A DNA stretch of 64,000 nucleotides from Catajapyx aquilonaris. Lineage: Eukaryota. The position numbers and the translations under genes are program-made. A model generated the notes under the pieces. It saw nothing but the letters and a program-made list of their open reading frames with translations, did not search any database and was not told the DNA's origin. The stretch lies in the NCBI GenBank assembly GCA_000934665.2, contig JYFJ02000131.1, positions 1 through 64,000 of the forward strand. The letters are read 5' to 3'. Shown in pieces: positions 14,001 to 27,181 of this stretch. Positions within the stretch are counted from its first letter, which is position 1. Each line of letters begins with the position of its first letter.

Positions 14001-15255
14001 CTCCACGTTAATTAATTTGACTAAAGCCCAGCCCCATCCTTCCTCTACCTCAGGAGATGAATGTAGAAGCTTGGATGCATGTGCTTGCAACCTATTCATT
14101 AACGCTCATTATACTTGCAGTGCTATTCTTACGCTAGCTTCATTGTCTTCCGGGCAGAAATTATATGTAGCATACACCAAGAGATGCCTATTTTTTCATG
14201 AGAATTTGAACACATCGCGTTGGGTAGCTTCCACTTTCAGGACGAGGAAAAATGATGTGGTTGAGGGTTATGCAAACAACGTTTTTCCCTCCGATTATTT
14301 CCCTGGGTGTTTGCACATCCAGAGTTAAGATTGAGCGAAGGTAAACTTGATAACTTGTCAAGGTAAAAGCGTATTACTGTATGCTAGCCTGTAACGCGCA
14401 GAAATATCCAGCATGCTATTTGCAAATTATGGAAACAGCAATATTATTTCAGGTGGCGTTGAACTTTTTTTTTTCATGTTTGGAATAGAAATGATTCCTT
14501 TTGAATACAAATTATCTTGAGTTCACGCAATTATGTTACGTACCAGGTAAAAGTTTTTGATGTACTTCTAATGATGCCCCCTTCTCATTTGCAGAGAAAC
14601 GTGTCAACAGGGAAGGTTTTAGAGACACGAGCAGCTAAACAAGAAGTGTCAACCCTGCGAACAGCGTCGTTTGGCCACACTTGATAGATGGCATAATCAC
14701 AGTCCGCCAACGTTCCGTCTACTTCAGACCTGACGCAACGAGTTAATCTTCCATACGGGCAATCATCCCTTCACCAGGCCCTAAGCAGTACATGTTTCAC
14801 GTGTTCCATCATGCTTTTTTTTTGCAAAGAAAGAAAGTACAGTGTTTGGAAGGCTGTGTATTTTACACCAGTCAGTGCCTGAATGTTGGTTCAAAAATTA
14901 AGATGCATTGTGACAACTGGCAATGTCTTCAAACGTTTGCTTTAGCAGAGTTGTATGTTGACAAAAATTAAAACAGGTGCATTGTCTCTGGACAATTGTT
15001 GTTACGTGCCATGATATCCAGTAATTTTGTACAAGGATGCAAAACCAAGCAAAACGTGTCTTGTGATTATAAAAATATGAAAATACTGATGCGTGTGCGA
15101 CACAAACATGGTCCAGTCGACAGTGACGTAATACTTAAACATTAATTTTTCAAACAATTTACTGTAATTTTTCTTTAACAATGTGAACATGAAAACAGGA
15201 GTGAGAGTAAAGTGAAAGAAGGATATACAATAAGGTGCAGAATATTCAGACTTAC

Positions 15256-15435
15256 CCTTCGCTCGCGATGGATGAGTTTCTGGACATGGACTTTGGCGAC
15301 ATTTCGAAGTCCGAGTCCGACCTGTACAGGAAGGACTCTCGACGCTGCGGAAAATTCTGCAGGACAAGTCCAGGCGAGTTGGCCGCCGCGTCCAGCGGGC
15401 TGCGTCCAGGACTCGAGCCATTTTCCACGTCGAAA
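15256..15435 (-). CDS. PDE4: cAMP-specific 3',5'-cyclic phosphodiesterase 4 (dunce/PDE4), first common exon of long isoforms (N-terminal half of UCR1)
   Basis: Translates to [61 protein letters not shown], the recognisable PDE4 UCR1 start with the RRES PKA site. Acceptor gctaattttcctttgtcttctattttgcag|, donor GAAGG|gtaagt. 180 nt, phase 2 at both ends. Confidence 0.97.
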
Positions 15436-15744
15436 CTGCAAAATAGAAGACAAAGGAAAATTAGCAAGGGACTCGATGCAGAAGGAAAGCTCCCCTTTCA
15501 AGAAGAAACTTATTATCTGAAGAAGAACCTTTTCACCCCCAGCAAGAGAACCGGATAATTTCATTACGCGCGGGCTTGTCTTTGATTGGAGCTCCATCTC
15601 AATATTACACGCGCTCCTCCCTCTGGCGGATATGAGAAAAAAAATGGGTAATATAGGACAGTCCCAAAAATTAAATTTGCGCAGGTGGCTGTAGGGGACA
15701 AGCCAGGCCGCTGATTTAATTTTGGCAGATTTTTTTTTACTTGC

Positions 15745-15776
15745 CTGAGGTACTTTTTCTTGTACCACGGTTCCAT
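15745..15776 (-). CDS. Possible PDE4 micro first coding exon using a GC-AG intron
   Basis: ctgATGg start, MEPWYKKKYL, then CAG|gcaagt (the consensus GC donor), phase 2, 309 nt upstream of the UCR1 acceptor. Confidence 0.5.
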
Positions 15777-18211
15777 CAGGTACGGGCCTTATGCTCGCAA
15801 TACATGTTTTCAGCTGCGTAGATCAGTTTATCAGCATGTTATCAGAAAACACGAGTATATCTAGTAGTCGTTACATTGTTCCCACTTTTGCAATGCGATT
15901 TCCTCGTGATTAGCAAGATAACTGTGGCATTCTTGGAGGGGGATGATTAACGACAGGGCATAGTGCATGAAATATTATACATATAAAAATTTAAATATAC
16001 CCGCAGGTCGTGTAGGAATCTGGTCTATAACGGACAGTGTTAAATAACTTGAGCTTTCCGGTTCGCACCCGGACCCACCTTTTAGGTTTATTGAGCTTGA
16101 GACGAGTCTGCGCTCCACATCGAAGTTCGTCCATCTTAAAAGTACACTCCACGCCCTTTAATTACGAAACCTTTTTCGGCAGACCCGCACGCAATCCTTC
16201 CTAAACCACCATCCATAGCAAAAGGGGATATAAAAATCCTCCATCTCATCGATCCAGTTTTATCATCCGATCGATGCTGATGATAGCTCGTAAAATATCT
16301 GACACCGTAGGGTTGCGGCACAGGTTTTTTGTTGTTGTTGTTGTTGGCACAAACTAACACTCGCAGCAAAAACAAGGTTCACACAACAATGCACAACAGA
16401 ACAGACCGAAGAGCTGCACCATCACTAACTGGCCAGCTCCAACGCGTCACTAACAGAGGATGACCTCATTATTCGGGCAGATCGAAGCCTAAAAGCCGGA
16501 ATTGTAGAACTTGATATTAATCAGTTTTATATGCCAGCCATGTGCATTTTCATGACCTACAATGGAAATCGGATCAGCCATGTTGGGTTGGCAGGGAAAT
16601 CCAACGTGGATTACAAATCAGGGTTGGAGGGGGCCAAATATTTTATTCAAACGGTTTTGGAAATGTAAAGAGGTGTCTGGATCACCGAAGCAGGAAGCGG
16701 GTTCAATACATGTCATTAACTTCTAAATAACATTGGACTTATCAGAAGAATTTGCGATCGTTGCGACATACCCGACACTTGATTCAATAGTTTTGCTCGA
16801 ATAAATTTTCAGGCAATAAATGTCGTTCCAACCCGAAATGAATTTTGCAAATTAAGCAGTTTCTTTTCGGGGGGTATGAGGCAGCCGAATTTCTCTGCTC
16901 CATTTCCTCGCCGCTTTGTTTTGTGCAATTACATAGATCTTCATGGTTAATGGTTGCGGGCGTGGTCGGCAACCGGGGATCGACACAAATTACTTCTCGC
17001 GGTCGTTTGCTGCAAATAAACACGCCTCTTTTTTTTACGTATAGGCATGTTGGAATCTATTATTATTCCTCAGATCAAATAGATCGTATAATTCCCAACA
17101 CACGTTTCTGAGCATGACTACAAACAATGGGGGCGAAATCAATGTTCGTGTCGCGTTATCATCATCTGTCATGATGAATGTGGAGGAAAATGACACGCCG
17201 GGATTATAGCTTCAAATCAAACTGATCCCTATATACACACACGTTCGAAATTTTGATGTACCCTTTTTCAAGCTCTGCGAATCTGTCGTTTTTTTAAATA
17301 TTTGGAAATAGACCGAATCGTGTGCTGACGTAGCAACTTGGGCCTTTGATAATCCATATGATCTGTCCTCAAGATCTGCGTCTCTGCTGCAGATGACAGC
17401 TTTGATACTTCGGAAGGACAAATCCGATTTCATTCACGGATTGAAATCAATAAACAGCCTTATGATTTTTATCGTGATAAGCTGCTTCCTATAGTATGTA
17501 GATTATTCCATTTTCAAAAATTGCTAAAATCCATAACAATATAAATGCAAATGCTCAATTTACATATTTTTAGTTGCTGATTACATGTAAACGTGATTTA
17601 CAACAAAAAAAAACCTGCTGTGAATATACGCTACCATTGCTTCGAGGGAGTGTGATATACTCGATGACACACACGCCTGACTGGAAGTCCCCAACGTGCC
17701 TTTATCCAACTGAAAAGTTTTACACGCGGGAATTCCTGTGATACATTCCTGTTGCAGAGTACGTTTAGGGTCGTTCACACCAACCTGGTGCAGATTTTAA
17801 ATGAAAGAAAATTCACATGACCACCAGGTTACATGTTCGTAGCAACCAAACTATGGTCCAGACATGCAAGTTCACCGGTGTTTGTTTCAACATATCAAAC
17901 ACGATTGTATCGCCAGGTCGCAGCACTTCCAGCATCACTACTAGGCCATGCAGTTTTAATGACAGGCTACTCGTATTCTACCTCTGTACAGCGTTATTTG
18001 AGCATAATCAGGTTACAGCGGGACAACATCCAGTGCAATAGTCATAAAGCAACAGTTAATAGCAAAAGGGGGGCCTCGCATTGCCAAATTAGCCCATCCA
18101 GGACCGTTGGCGTGACCGGCAATCCACTGCGTAAACATATTCAACACGTTCTCCATCTCCTCCACAAACACCAAGGGGCCGGGAATCGCCTGGCACCTTT
18201 TCAGAGATTAC

Positions 18212-18414
18212 CTGGTCCCTCTCCGATGCAATCTCCTCCTCTCATCTGGCCTGCTAACCCTTCGGATATGGCTCCGAGAGGACAGCCTCCTTCTCCGGGG
18301 CACATCCAGATCGATCCCTCGGGGCCAACCATTCGAGGGTTCCACGAAAGTCAGCTGAGGTTGGCCTCTGAACAAGGACCAAACGGACCACAACAAGATG
18401 GCCACACTCAGCAT
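18212..18414 (-). CDS. PDE4: PDE4 alternative first coding exon, hydrophobic N-terminus plus Arg-rich tail (candidate)
   Basis: aaaATG, MLSVAILLWSVWSLFRGQPQ...VPRRRRLSSRSHIRRVSRPDERRRLHRRGT, then a phase-2 donor CAG|gtaatc (67 codons + 2 nt). In-frame stop upstream; GC-rich. Confidence 0.65.
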
Positions 18415-18546
18415 TTTCCGCGCCAAAAAATGGCGACCACCTGACGCTATCCCAGCCGCATGGCGTCGCTTAGTGTCCGTCGATAGAGGACTGACCTCAG
18501 GTCAGAAGGGTCACGGTACGACACATAAGGTCGCATCGTCCCATAC

Positions 18547-18602
18547 CTGAGGTCACATTGGCATTTTTGGGAGACTGACCGGAAAAGGTGGCGGATCATC
18601 AT
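18547..18602 (-). CDS. Possible PDE4 short alternative first coding exon
   Basis: gtgATGATG, MMIRHLFRSVSQKCQCDL, then a phase-2 donor CAG|gtatgg (18 codons + 2 nt). Confidence 0.5.
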
Positions 18603-21600
18603 CACAAAATTATCATATTGTGAATCACACTGTACGTATTTTTATTCGACACATTCTTTTTTTGACCCCATGTTTTTTCAGTCCAACATTCGTGGTCCCA
18701 ACTCTGAGGGTAACCGCACCAACTGGCTGTTCAACACAGGAATTTTTGAACTCCAGTTATGAGTACAGAGATCAATAGTGTACTTCAAAGCAGGCATGTA
18801 TGACTGCTTATTTTTGAGCTACGCAAATTACGCTTTGAGCAATGGAACCTAAGTACTTCGTACTTGTCATCAAAGAACTTGGGTTTTAAAATGCCTCTTA
18901 AAATGCCTGGTAAAAAGCTCTCTCCATTATCAATCGAAAGCAGCGATCCACGAAGCCAATTATTCTGGAAGTGTGATTGGGTAGTTAGTCACTAAGATAT
19001 AGCAATTTCTATGAGAGGCACGCTTCCATGGTATATGTTAGTAATACACTTGATATATTTTTTTCCCGACAGCACACTCGAACCCATCGATTTCCTTCTA
19101 CTCACGAGTCAATACTTGGCCAAAAAACACATTAAAGCTCTTAGCCAGGGGCTTCACATGACGAGCAGTACAATTGAGCAGAAAGCTCGTGGAAATGAAA
19201 ACTAAATGGTGAGCCCAAGAGAACATTCTGTGGATGCAGTGGAGGTTGGCCTCTGAGTTCATTTCGAGCCAGTCGGGCGTGAAAGAGATTTCGGGGGCCG
19301 CTTTGCAACGGTTCTAACTGATCGTTAGGTAAAGCAGCATTAGCAAAGAGTTTACGAACTTTAATTTAATTTCTGGCTAAATAAAGGTGCTCAGGAGGAG
19401 CAGCAAAAGTTGCAAAAAATTTCACTTTCTGTGTAGTAAACAAGTTGGAAAATTTGTGTGCTCAGCAGGAGAGAGCTCTGAGAGTAATTCGGGGCTGGCA
19501 TTGACTAAGTTTGACTTCCCAAGTTATATAATAGCTCCGTGCAGTCTATTGTCAGCGACTTGGAACAGACATAGGCTGACAACAACAGGCAGATATATTC
19601 CTGGTGAGACGTTCCCAATTCTCCGCATCATTTCGGCTTATTATGTCAACTATGTAGCAAATGCACGCCTCGTTGCTGCAGACCGGAATATGGCAAGGAC
19701 CAGAAACATGCAATCCAATAACGCAAACAAGATAAATAATTTCCCCCCCATTCCGCAACGGTGGTGTTTACTCTTCAATGTTGAACTTCCTTGAATCAAT
19801 ATCCGCGACAAAATTAGGAATCGAAAGGTGCTGATTCAACATTATGTCCCACACTAAAAGTTCATCAATCTGAAAAGACGCCTTCAGAGATTTCTGGTGA
19901 AAGTTGTGGAGAATCTGAGCAGAAAGAGCTTTAAATTGATATGGTGCAGATTATGCAAATATCAGGCCCAAATTAAATATTTATCGCACTACTATTAATT
20001 ACAAATATTAATTTTCTGCATGTTTGTACTTCACATAGAGTATTTACACTCTGTAAGGCTATTTTAACATTATTTCTTTTTACAAAATAGCCTTGTTTAA
20101 AATTATCCGAAAAAATCAGCACAATTTTATTAACATTTCAGTTTCAATTATAATTAATTTCTGCCATTTTTGCTCGAATAAATCCCAATTTTTCTACGTC
20201 AACATTATAACCACGACGAATGGATCGCAATATTAACAATCCCACCCGACTGAACCGCATTTCTCAGCGTCTTTCCACCCTGGAAGAGACAGCATGTCGC
20301 ACTGAACTCTTATCCGTGACAGATGAACCATACCCCCCTTTGAGGACATCCCAACCATGTCCAGCACCCACCGAAACTCGAAAATGGAAATTCCTTTCTC
20401 TGTGTTTCTCCACGCCCTTCTTCCAAAAACTTTGCGCAGATTATACTCTTAGACGTTCCAAGTCACGATCCATTGGATTAATTGAGCTTTTCAGGGCTGG
20501 GCTGCTTTGACACCGACGCCATCAAAGAGCAGAAAATCGTGTACTGTAAGACGCATAGCACGTTCTGGCTACGAGAATCTAAGGAATCTGCTCTGAGCCG
20601 CGTTCCATCGTACCCAAACCGACCGAAACTAAAGAGCTAAAATTCCTCAGGCACGTATCCGGTAAAGTGTACATCAAAAGTGCATAAAGCATGCAATGTA
20701 TGGTCTGGAGGCAGTGATGAAGTCCGTTTACACAGCCGGTATAACCTCCCCAGTTGTTTCAACAGTGTGAATAAAGACCAGTAGTTAATTTGCTTCCAAC
20801 TTGTGCGAGTTGCTCGCACCAGTAATGACGCGCCATTTTTACAGCAAATATTTGCAAAAAAAAATAAAATCCGCCACCTTTTCCGCTCGTTTTCCAAGCG
20901 TGAAAAAAAAACAAATTCACTAACTTCACTAACTGCACTTGTTGAGCCGGCTGATATCAACACTGTACTCCGAAACGGCGCTTGCTCCGATAGGAAACAG
21001 GCAAATGCGAGGGAGCCAGGCTCTGCTAGGGTCTATAAGAGCTATCCCCCACCATCCCCCCTCCACTTCCATAGCACCCCCATAGCACCCCCAACCCTAC
21101 CACACCCACTGTCGAAACTCCACCCCACAATCGATATCGAAATCTTGAGCACCCCCTGAAAACCAGCAAACCATACTACAATCTTCCCTAGGGACGAATT
21201 AACCCCCTCCAGCATTTCATATTTGGCGCCATTTCTGCGCAGCGAGCGCGATTTTTTTTTTCAGGTTAGAATTGGTCCGAGTCCAAGCAAACCAATCAGG
21301 AAACGAATTTACTGCAAAATGTTGTTACGCCGACAGGATTGGATTGCCACAGGCTAAGTTAAAAAAATATATACGGCAAGTTACAACTGATTTTAATTAT
21401 TGCATTATTCGCACACTTTTTTTTGTGTGGTGTGGCGGGATCATTCAGAAGTGTCGCAAAAGCATAGATTTCGTGACAAAGACGAGGGCTCTGGAAACTT
21501 GATGTATAATTCATTGCGCTTTTCATTACCCCGGCTTTCATCTCTTGAAGAGTCGTGAAATGGAACTTTTGGCTCTTTGTAGACACTCGTCCACAGTTAT

Positions 21601-21978
21601 AGTCGGAAATGGCCTTCAAGTTCTGAACAGTGAGAGGGGCTTTCGGGAATATTTTTTGGGGGGGAATATTGTGGAATTCACCACCACTTACAAGGTTGCA
21701 AAAAATTTGGAACAGTACGTTACTAACATATCCTTCCAAAAAAAACTTCAAATCCTATAATTCAGGCCCCCAATATCTACCAAATGTGACGGAATCGCGT
21801 GGATGAAGGAACGTCACCAGCGCTTGATGACACGACTGTGCAAAGTTCAGCAATTTTTGCGAACGAAAAAAAGTGCTTTCGCCCCAACTTTCTTGCAATC
21901 ATAGCCGCCATTGTGTAGAAACCTCTGCCAAAATAATTCCAGCCAAGCAGGCAAGGCCAGATATCGTGTTAGACATAC

Positions 21979-22043
21979 CACTCGCAACATTTCAATTCGG
22001 ACCAGCAGCCGCCATAATATTGACAATCACCTAATGAACACAT
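21979..22043 (-). CDS. Possible PDE4 Cys-rich short first coding exon
   Basis: MCSLGDCQYYGGCWSELKCCE, then a phase-2 donor GTG|gtatgt. Splicing to the common exon gives ...CCEC-FDVENG. Confidence 0.4.
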
Positions 22044-24334
22044 TAAAATGTTGCAGTTGGCCAAATATTTCAACCGATTTTTTTAGCGCTGTAACATATA
22101 GCCTGATGGACAGTAAAGTAACCGGATCTTGTTGAAATAATAAAATGGAAAGTCCATAGCTTCAGGCTATGATGGCCAACAGAGTAACCATATCCAGCAT
22201 GGGGTTCGAATCGATTATTATCTCTGCGGAAAAGGTTGAGGAGGCGGAGTGGGTGCAATTTTTGTGATTGAAGAGAAATGGTCCATAATGATCTTCACAA
22301 CCGAGTGATAAACGGGCTGGGGTTGAAAGCCTCCCCAAAAAATGAGGGGTAAAAAGTGATTTCCTGAATCGAAGTCGGTTATTGACATGGGGAGATGAGG
22401 CAGAGTTATCTCGTCTTTTGGCCTCCATTCACCAAATTGCAGGACGTGATAAGTCATTAATCAGGAAATAAAGGGACGTTTCTTCTCGCCCTTAATTAGA
22501 GACTAATTACGTGCACCGGCATGTACGATCGTTGATGCTCTGCAAAAGTGGGAAGAGAGCACCTGCTGGCTCCAAAATTTTGGGTGCAGGAAACTTTCTA
22601 TCATTAGTTAATATCCGAGCAATTAAGAACTTGGGGATGTTCCGCTGGGAAAGCTTACGTTGGAATAAAATATCCTACTGCAGACGTATACACTTGTCCG
22701 AACAAGTAAAAAAAGCACTAAAATCATATTAGTGCTCATTATTTGAAGAGAATATATTCAGAGTGTCAATATGATGCCATAAAAATAGTTTTGTCCTCTA
22801 TGTGACTCTTCTAATCAGCGAAAAAGCGCTTGTTCCCGATACGGTCTGACCTAACATTGTTAGCAGACTGATTGTAATTTTATGAGGTATCGTGAGCCCA
22901 TCACATGTCGGTTTACGATGATTATTCCGATTGACGAATAAATGATTCGCCACTCCCTTTTGTTTCAAATTGACGTTTTAATTACTGCCTGATTCGGCAT
23001 AAGTAATCCTTCATAAATGGCAGCTAAATTGCTTTTATATAACTCGTATACATCACTTCGGGACTGGTGCTGCAAGCAAGGCTCTTTTTGGTTTTAAAGG
23101 CGGAACTAGGTACGGCATTCAAGACTAGTTGAAAGCTGTTTTATATGCCCGTCTGTATATATGCATGTGACAGACGTCAAAACATTCGTTCAAAGGACTT
23201 GCCCACTAATTATTAAATGGTGGGTTTAGAGCTCCTGGGAAAATGCATACAAAATCTACGAAGTGGTTCAGAGTCATCGTGGACATTTTAAAGTAATTTC
23301 AAAGACGTCATGAAAAGGATTTCATATAATGAACACTATGCTGCAAAATGGCATCAAAGCAAAGTGAAATAATTCTTTTTCCAAAGCCACAGCTCAACGT
23401 GAATAATAATTTCAAAAATTACTCCATACATTATGATAACAAGTTCCTTATAAATTATCTCCTCTTAGCTGCACTTAGAAAGCAATTTATGTCCATTGTT
23501 TCCAATTAAAAAGTGCTTTTTCCTCCCCAGTTTTCACGTTTATTAACGATCACTGCGGTTGGTTTCTCTGCTGCAGTGATTTATCTTGCCCATGTGATGG
23601 CGACATTAGACCGGTAAAGTAAATGAGACACAGTCTGATCTATAATTCAAGTCACGCGCTAAGGACCTCAGCTTTTGTTGCTCTCGAGTAATACTTCATG
23701 TTGCGTTATGGGACAGGAAGGAAATGGACCCAAATTTACAACCAGTTCTCCAAATATTAGTCAAACAGCGCCGTACAGTAGGAGTGAGAGTTACTGCTTA
23801 AGCTCATTGTTATCTACGTACTAATTGTTAAAAAATTAGTCAGAAGATGACACCTCATCACACAGGGTCCATGCCCATCTTGGAAGATCGCTTCAACCCT
23901 TCCATTAAGGGTGCGGATCTTAATTATGTTAAAGGAAATAAGGTTCCTTAATGGAAGCCCGAAGGTGCCTGATCTTGCCGTCAGACCTTTCCTATTTTCC
24001 CACCCCATCATTTATGGAAGCTGATATGCATTTTTGTGCCTTGCAAAATTGCGGCGGCCTGAGTTTGAGGGGGTTATTGCTTTTTTTTCCCTCCCCGGCG
24101 TGGCTTTGAAGCCGCAACAGGGAGTGACATTTTGAGGTCAATTGCCCTTTTCCAAGTGATTCAATCCGAACCAAAAGATTGGGCTGTTAGTAGTCTTTCT
24201 TAATCATTTCAGGATTTTTTTTGTCTGTTTCTCGGCACCAATAGCGATAAGAAAAAAATCAGTTGGAGATTAGACCCCCATCGGTATATCGCACTCCTCC
24301 ACTCACATAATGATGAACTTGTTATGAACTTTAC

Positions 24335-24474
24335 CTGAAGACCTGCGCGCACGTAGGTGTCGGAGTCCTAGTCTCCCTGTACCATATGACTGTTCCATGT
24401 CTCTTGAACTTCTTCAACTCAACAGTCTTCACTTGACCTAGTAGCGGCGAGGACTGATTTTTCTTCCTGAACAT
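24335..24474 (-). CDS. PDE4: PDE4 alternative first coding exon, basic N-terminus (candidate)
   Basis: gccATG with an upstream in-frame TAG, MFRKKNQSSPLLGQVKTVELKKFKRHGTVIWYRETRTPTPTCAQVF, then a phase-2 donor CAG|gtaaag (46 codons + 2 nt). Confidence 0.62.
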
Positions 24475-25969
24475 GGCTTGGGATATTCTCTGGATGTGCC
24501 TTGACACTAGCTATCTGACGAGTGAGGATACCTTTGGCAGAAGGGTCTTGTTGACTCTCCATCTGATTAGATATACGTTCATACGCAATCAAGGTGACAA
24601 CTATTGCGATTGGGTGCAATATACGAATGATTATAATTCGTAATGATTGACATTTAGGTTCGAGTGTGTGCCACTTGGTGTGGAGCAAAAGCCGAGTAGA
24701 TCATCTGGCGGGTATAGACGGAACTGCAGGACAATGATAAATCACACGCGGTATCGATTCGGCTCGTCCAAATCTGACTTCAGAAGTCATCAATTTTTCA
24801 TCACTAATGGAGTCTGAAGCGTTGCTAACTACTGCCCAGTACATTTGATTCCAAAGAAAGTTATGAGCTCAGGAAAGATTGATTGCACGGACGTTAACGA
24901 CTTGGCTCCTTGACCACACGTGCACAAACACTTGATAAGTGAAAGTACCGCCAATTCTTGCTCCCTCCATTACGATTCCATTCAAAGACTAAATGGGCTT
25001 TGTTGCCACCCCTTTCCCGACTTCCAATAGTGCGAGGAGAATGTCCTTTCTGTGACCCAGTAACACACAAGTCGCCTATAGATTGTATCGATCTCAAGTA
25101 CGAATCCATTGCCCGTAATGAGAAGCAGTTCTTCTTGTCATGTCAGCTCTAAAGAAATAAACACACAGGGGGGGAACCCCGTAGTCCCATGACAATAATA
25201 TTTTCTCGTCCATTGCATTCTTCATGACTTGCGACCACAACCTGCTGAGTTGACCGGTCACTCGCTTTTTTTCCGCCCAATTGCAAGAAAAGGTCATTAT
25301 GGATGTGGCAGCTGACCCCAAAAAATAGGAGGTGAAACAACAGCGGCATAAATTTCCACTATTGTCGCTGTATATTCTGGTTGGGAGAACGGTGTTAAGA
25401 GGCGCGCTCAATTTTGGTGAAATTGCCCAAGTGCTACCCGGGCCCTGTTCTATTCCATGAATATAAAAGAGGCGCCTTCTCCGTCTAGAAAACAGTCACA
25501 TTGTGAATGCGTACAAGGGAGAGAAAATGATGCCGCAGGTATTCATGAATTTACCCCGTGTAATGCAGACGACGATGGAAATTTGAAAAGCACTTTACAT
25601 CTCTTCCTATCGCCTCCTTTCGACTCGGATCATAATAGGATGCCATCAGGAGCCCAAACTATGTAGCCCCTTACCGCCTGGTCAGAATACAAAGCAGGAT
25701 GTTATTGCAACCTGCAAACTGATAGGCTAACCTTATTTTTGCATGTACGAATCACGTGATAATAGAAATTAAGACTCGCAGAAAGCTGGTATCTGAAATA
25801 TTTTTAGCGATCAGCACCTGAAATAGCACGTAACATAATGATAATTTCGACCAATTCAATTAAATGTTCTGCCAAAACGAATAAAATCATTAATTGCAAA
25901 TTCCTGGAATATTCAGCAGCTCACGTAAGTTATCAAATGAATGCGAAAGTTTCTTATTAATTTTTCAAC

Positions 25970-26014
25970 TGACTTTTCGAAGATATAGAAAGTGATTCTA
26001 TCTTCGAAAAGTCA
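25970..26014. repeat. Short inverted repeat (hairpin)
   Basis: tgacttttcgaaga-ta-tagaa agtga ttcta-tcttcgaaaagtca. Confidence 0.75.
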
Positions 26015-26518
26015 TTTTTTTCGATCATTGCGTACTACTTCAAACGGAACAAATTAACTCGTTGTATGTTGTAGTGCTCGTTACAAAATATTGAATGGAA
26101 AGAGTATAGTCACATTTTGAAATGTATGAGTCGTATACATCACAGTAATACTGGTTGTATATCAGGATTTGCGGGTCGAAATATCTCACTCTCACGCTGG
26201 ATCACACCTAAACGAATAGCCAGCACACCAACAATTTGAAATAGCCATCGGTGCTGCTTGCGTGCAAAGACTCATATTTCATCACCCCCATGCCAAATAT
26301 TTGCAGAAAAAAATCGCAAAAATCCCCCAATGCATCTTGATAAACCCACTACAAATCTGAAGGGATAATTATTCCCTCCTAATCTCGCGCCCCACACACA
26401 TTTTTTATTATATAAATCACCCATTTTTTTTTGTTACCATCGGAATGTCTGCGGTATGCACAAAAATGCCAACAAGGCTGGCAACCTCCCCATCCTCAAA
26501 AAAACGACTCTTTCTTAC

Positions 26519-26709
26519 CTGGGGCAAGGCGAATAAACTGGCAGACTCAAACTCCTGCCAACCACAACAATCCTCTTCCCTTTTGGATGCTGTCTGTCTC
26601 TCAGTAAATGCAAAAGCGGTCTCTGTCCAATCATCTTGTTTTGCTTCATCTCTCGGTACGCCCCAACCTTATAAAGCTGCTGCAAGTCCGCACATTCTTT
26701 ATCTTTTAA
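26519..26709 (-). CDS. PDE4: PDE4 isoform-specific exon with its own acceptor (candidate)
   Basis: Acceptor cttctttttttag|. Fully open frame LKDKECADLQQLYKVGAYREMKQNKMIGQRPLLHLLRD...SLPVYSPCP (ATG at 26649), then a phase-2 donor CAG|gtaaga. Confidence 0.6.
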
Positions 26710-27079
26710 CTAAAAAAAGAAGTTGGGGGGCTTCCAGCAAGGGCCCAAGAAATTTAATAAAGTGCGTCGTCTTGAGGCGTAAACTTCTTTAATTGCGTTA
26801 TTTATGCGTTGTAGTCTGCAGACGTGTTTCTACGAATCAGATCCGGAGTTGGCGAAACTGCGCAGATCATTTTGCGGTCCGGTACTATGCCGCAATGTGG
26901 CAAATTTTGTACGAAAAATTTCGTTGCACTGATAACCTTGAGCGTACGGTACACAGGACGGAAACGGTTTCAAGGCCAGTTTCGTAAATAATGTAATTTT
27001 TGTCAATATCTACCACGCACTTTTTTTTGGTATGTGTACTAACCGGAGTCAATGCTCCGGTACGTAACACAGCACTCAC

Positions 27080-27181
27080 TACACTGCGGCTTCATTACCG
27101 CGAATCACGAAGCCATCCTTCGCCTTCACACGCACGGAATTATTTGGCCGGCCGCTAGTGGGAGCCGGCTTTAAATATATG
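27080..27181 (-). promoter_or_regulatory. Possible promoter and short non-coding leader exon for the 26519-26709 exon
   Basis: TATA-like catatatttaaa at about 27170-27181 on the minus strand, a GC-rich stretch, then donor GTA|gtgagt at 27080. This would give a 370-nt intron to the 26709 acceptor. Confidence 0.35.

Noticed and set aside
1..15255. Next PDE4 exon (HGxDLIVTPFAQ) and UCR2/catalytic exons
   Set aside because: Searched by eye on the minus strand and not found; presumably beyond position 1.
15002..15768. Overlapping 100-197 aa ORFs around the UCR1 exon
   Set aside because: These are alternative-frame or antisense shadows; only the FDVENG frame is homologous to PDE4.
17833..18444. 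Longest ORF in the window (203 aa, plus strand) as a nested gene
   Set aside because: No recognisable domain. Its GC-rich half is the antisense shadow of the 18212-18414 candidate exon.
26513..26540. Third recursive site (ttgccccag|gtaaga)
   Set aside because: Better explained as the normal donor of the open 26519-26709 exon. The pyrimidine tract is weak and another AG lies close upstream.
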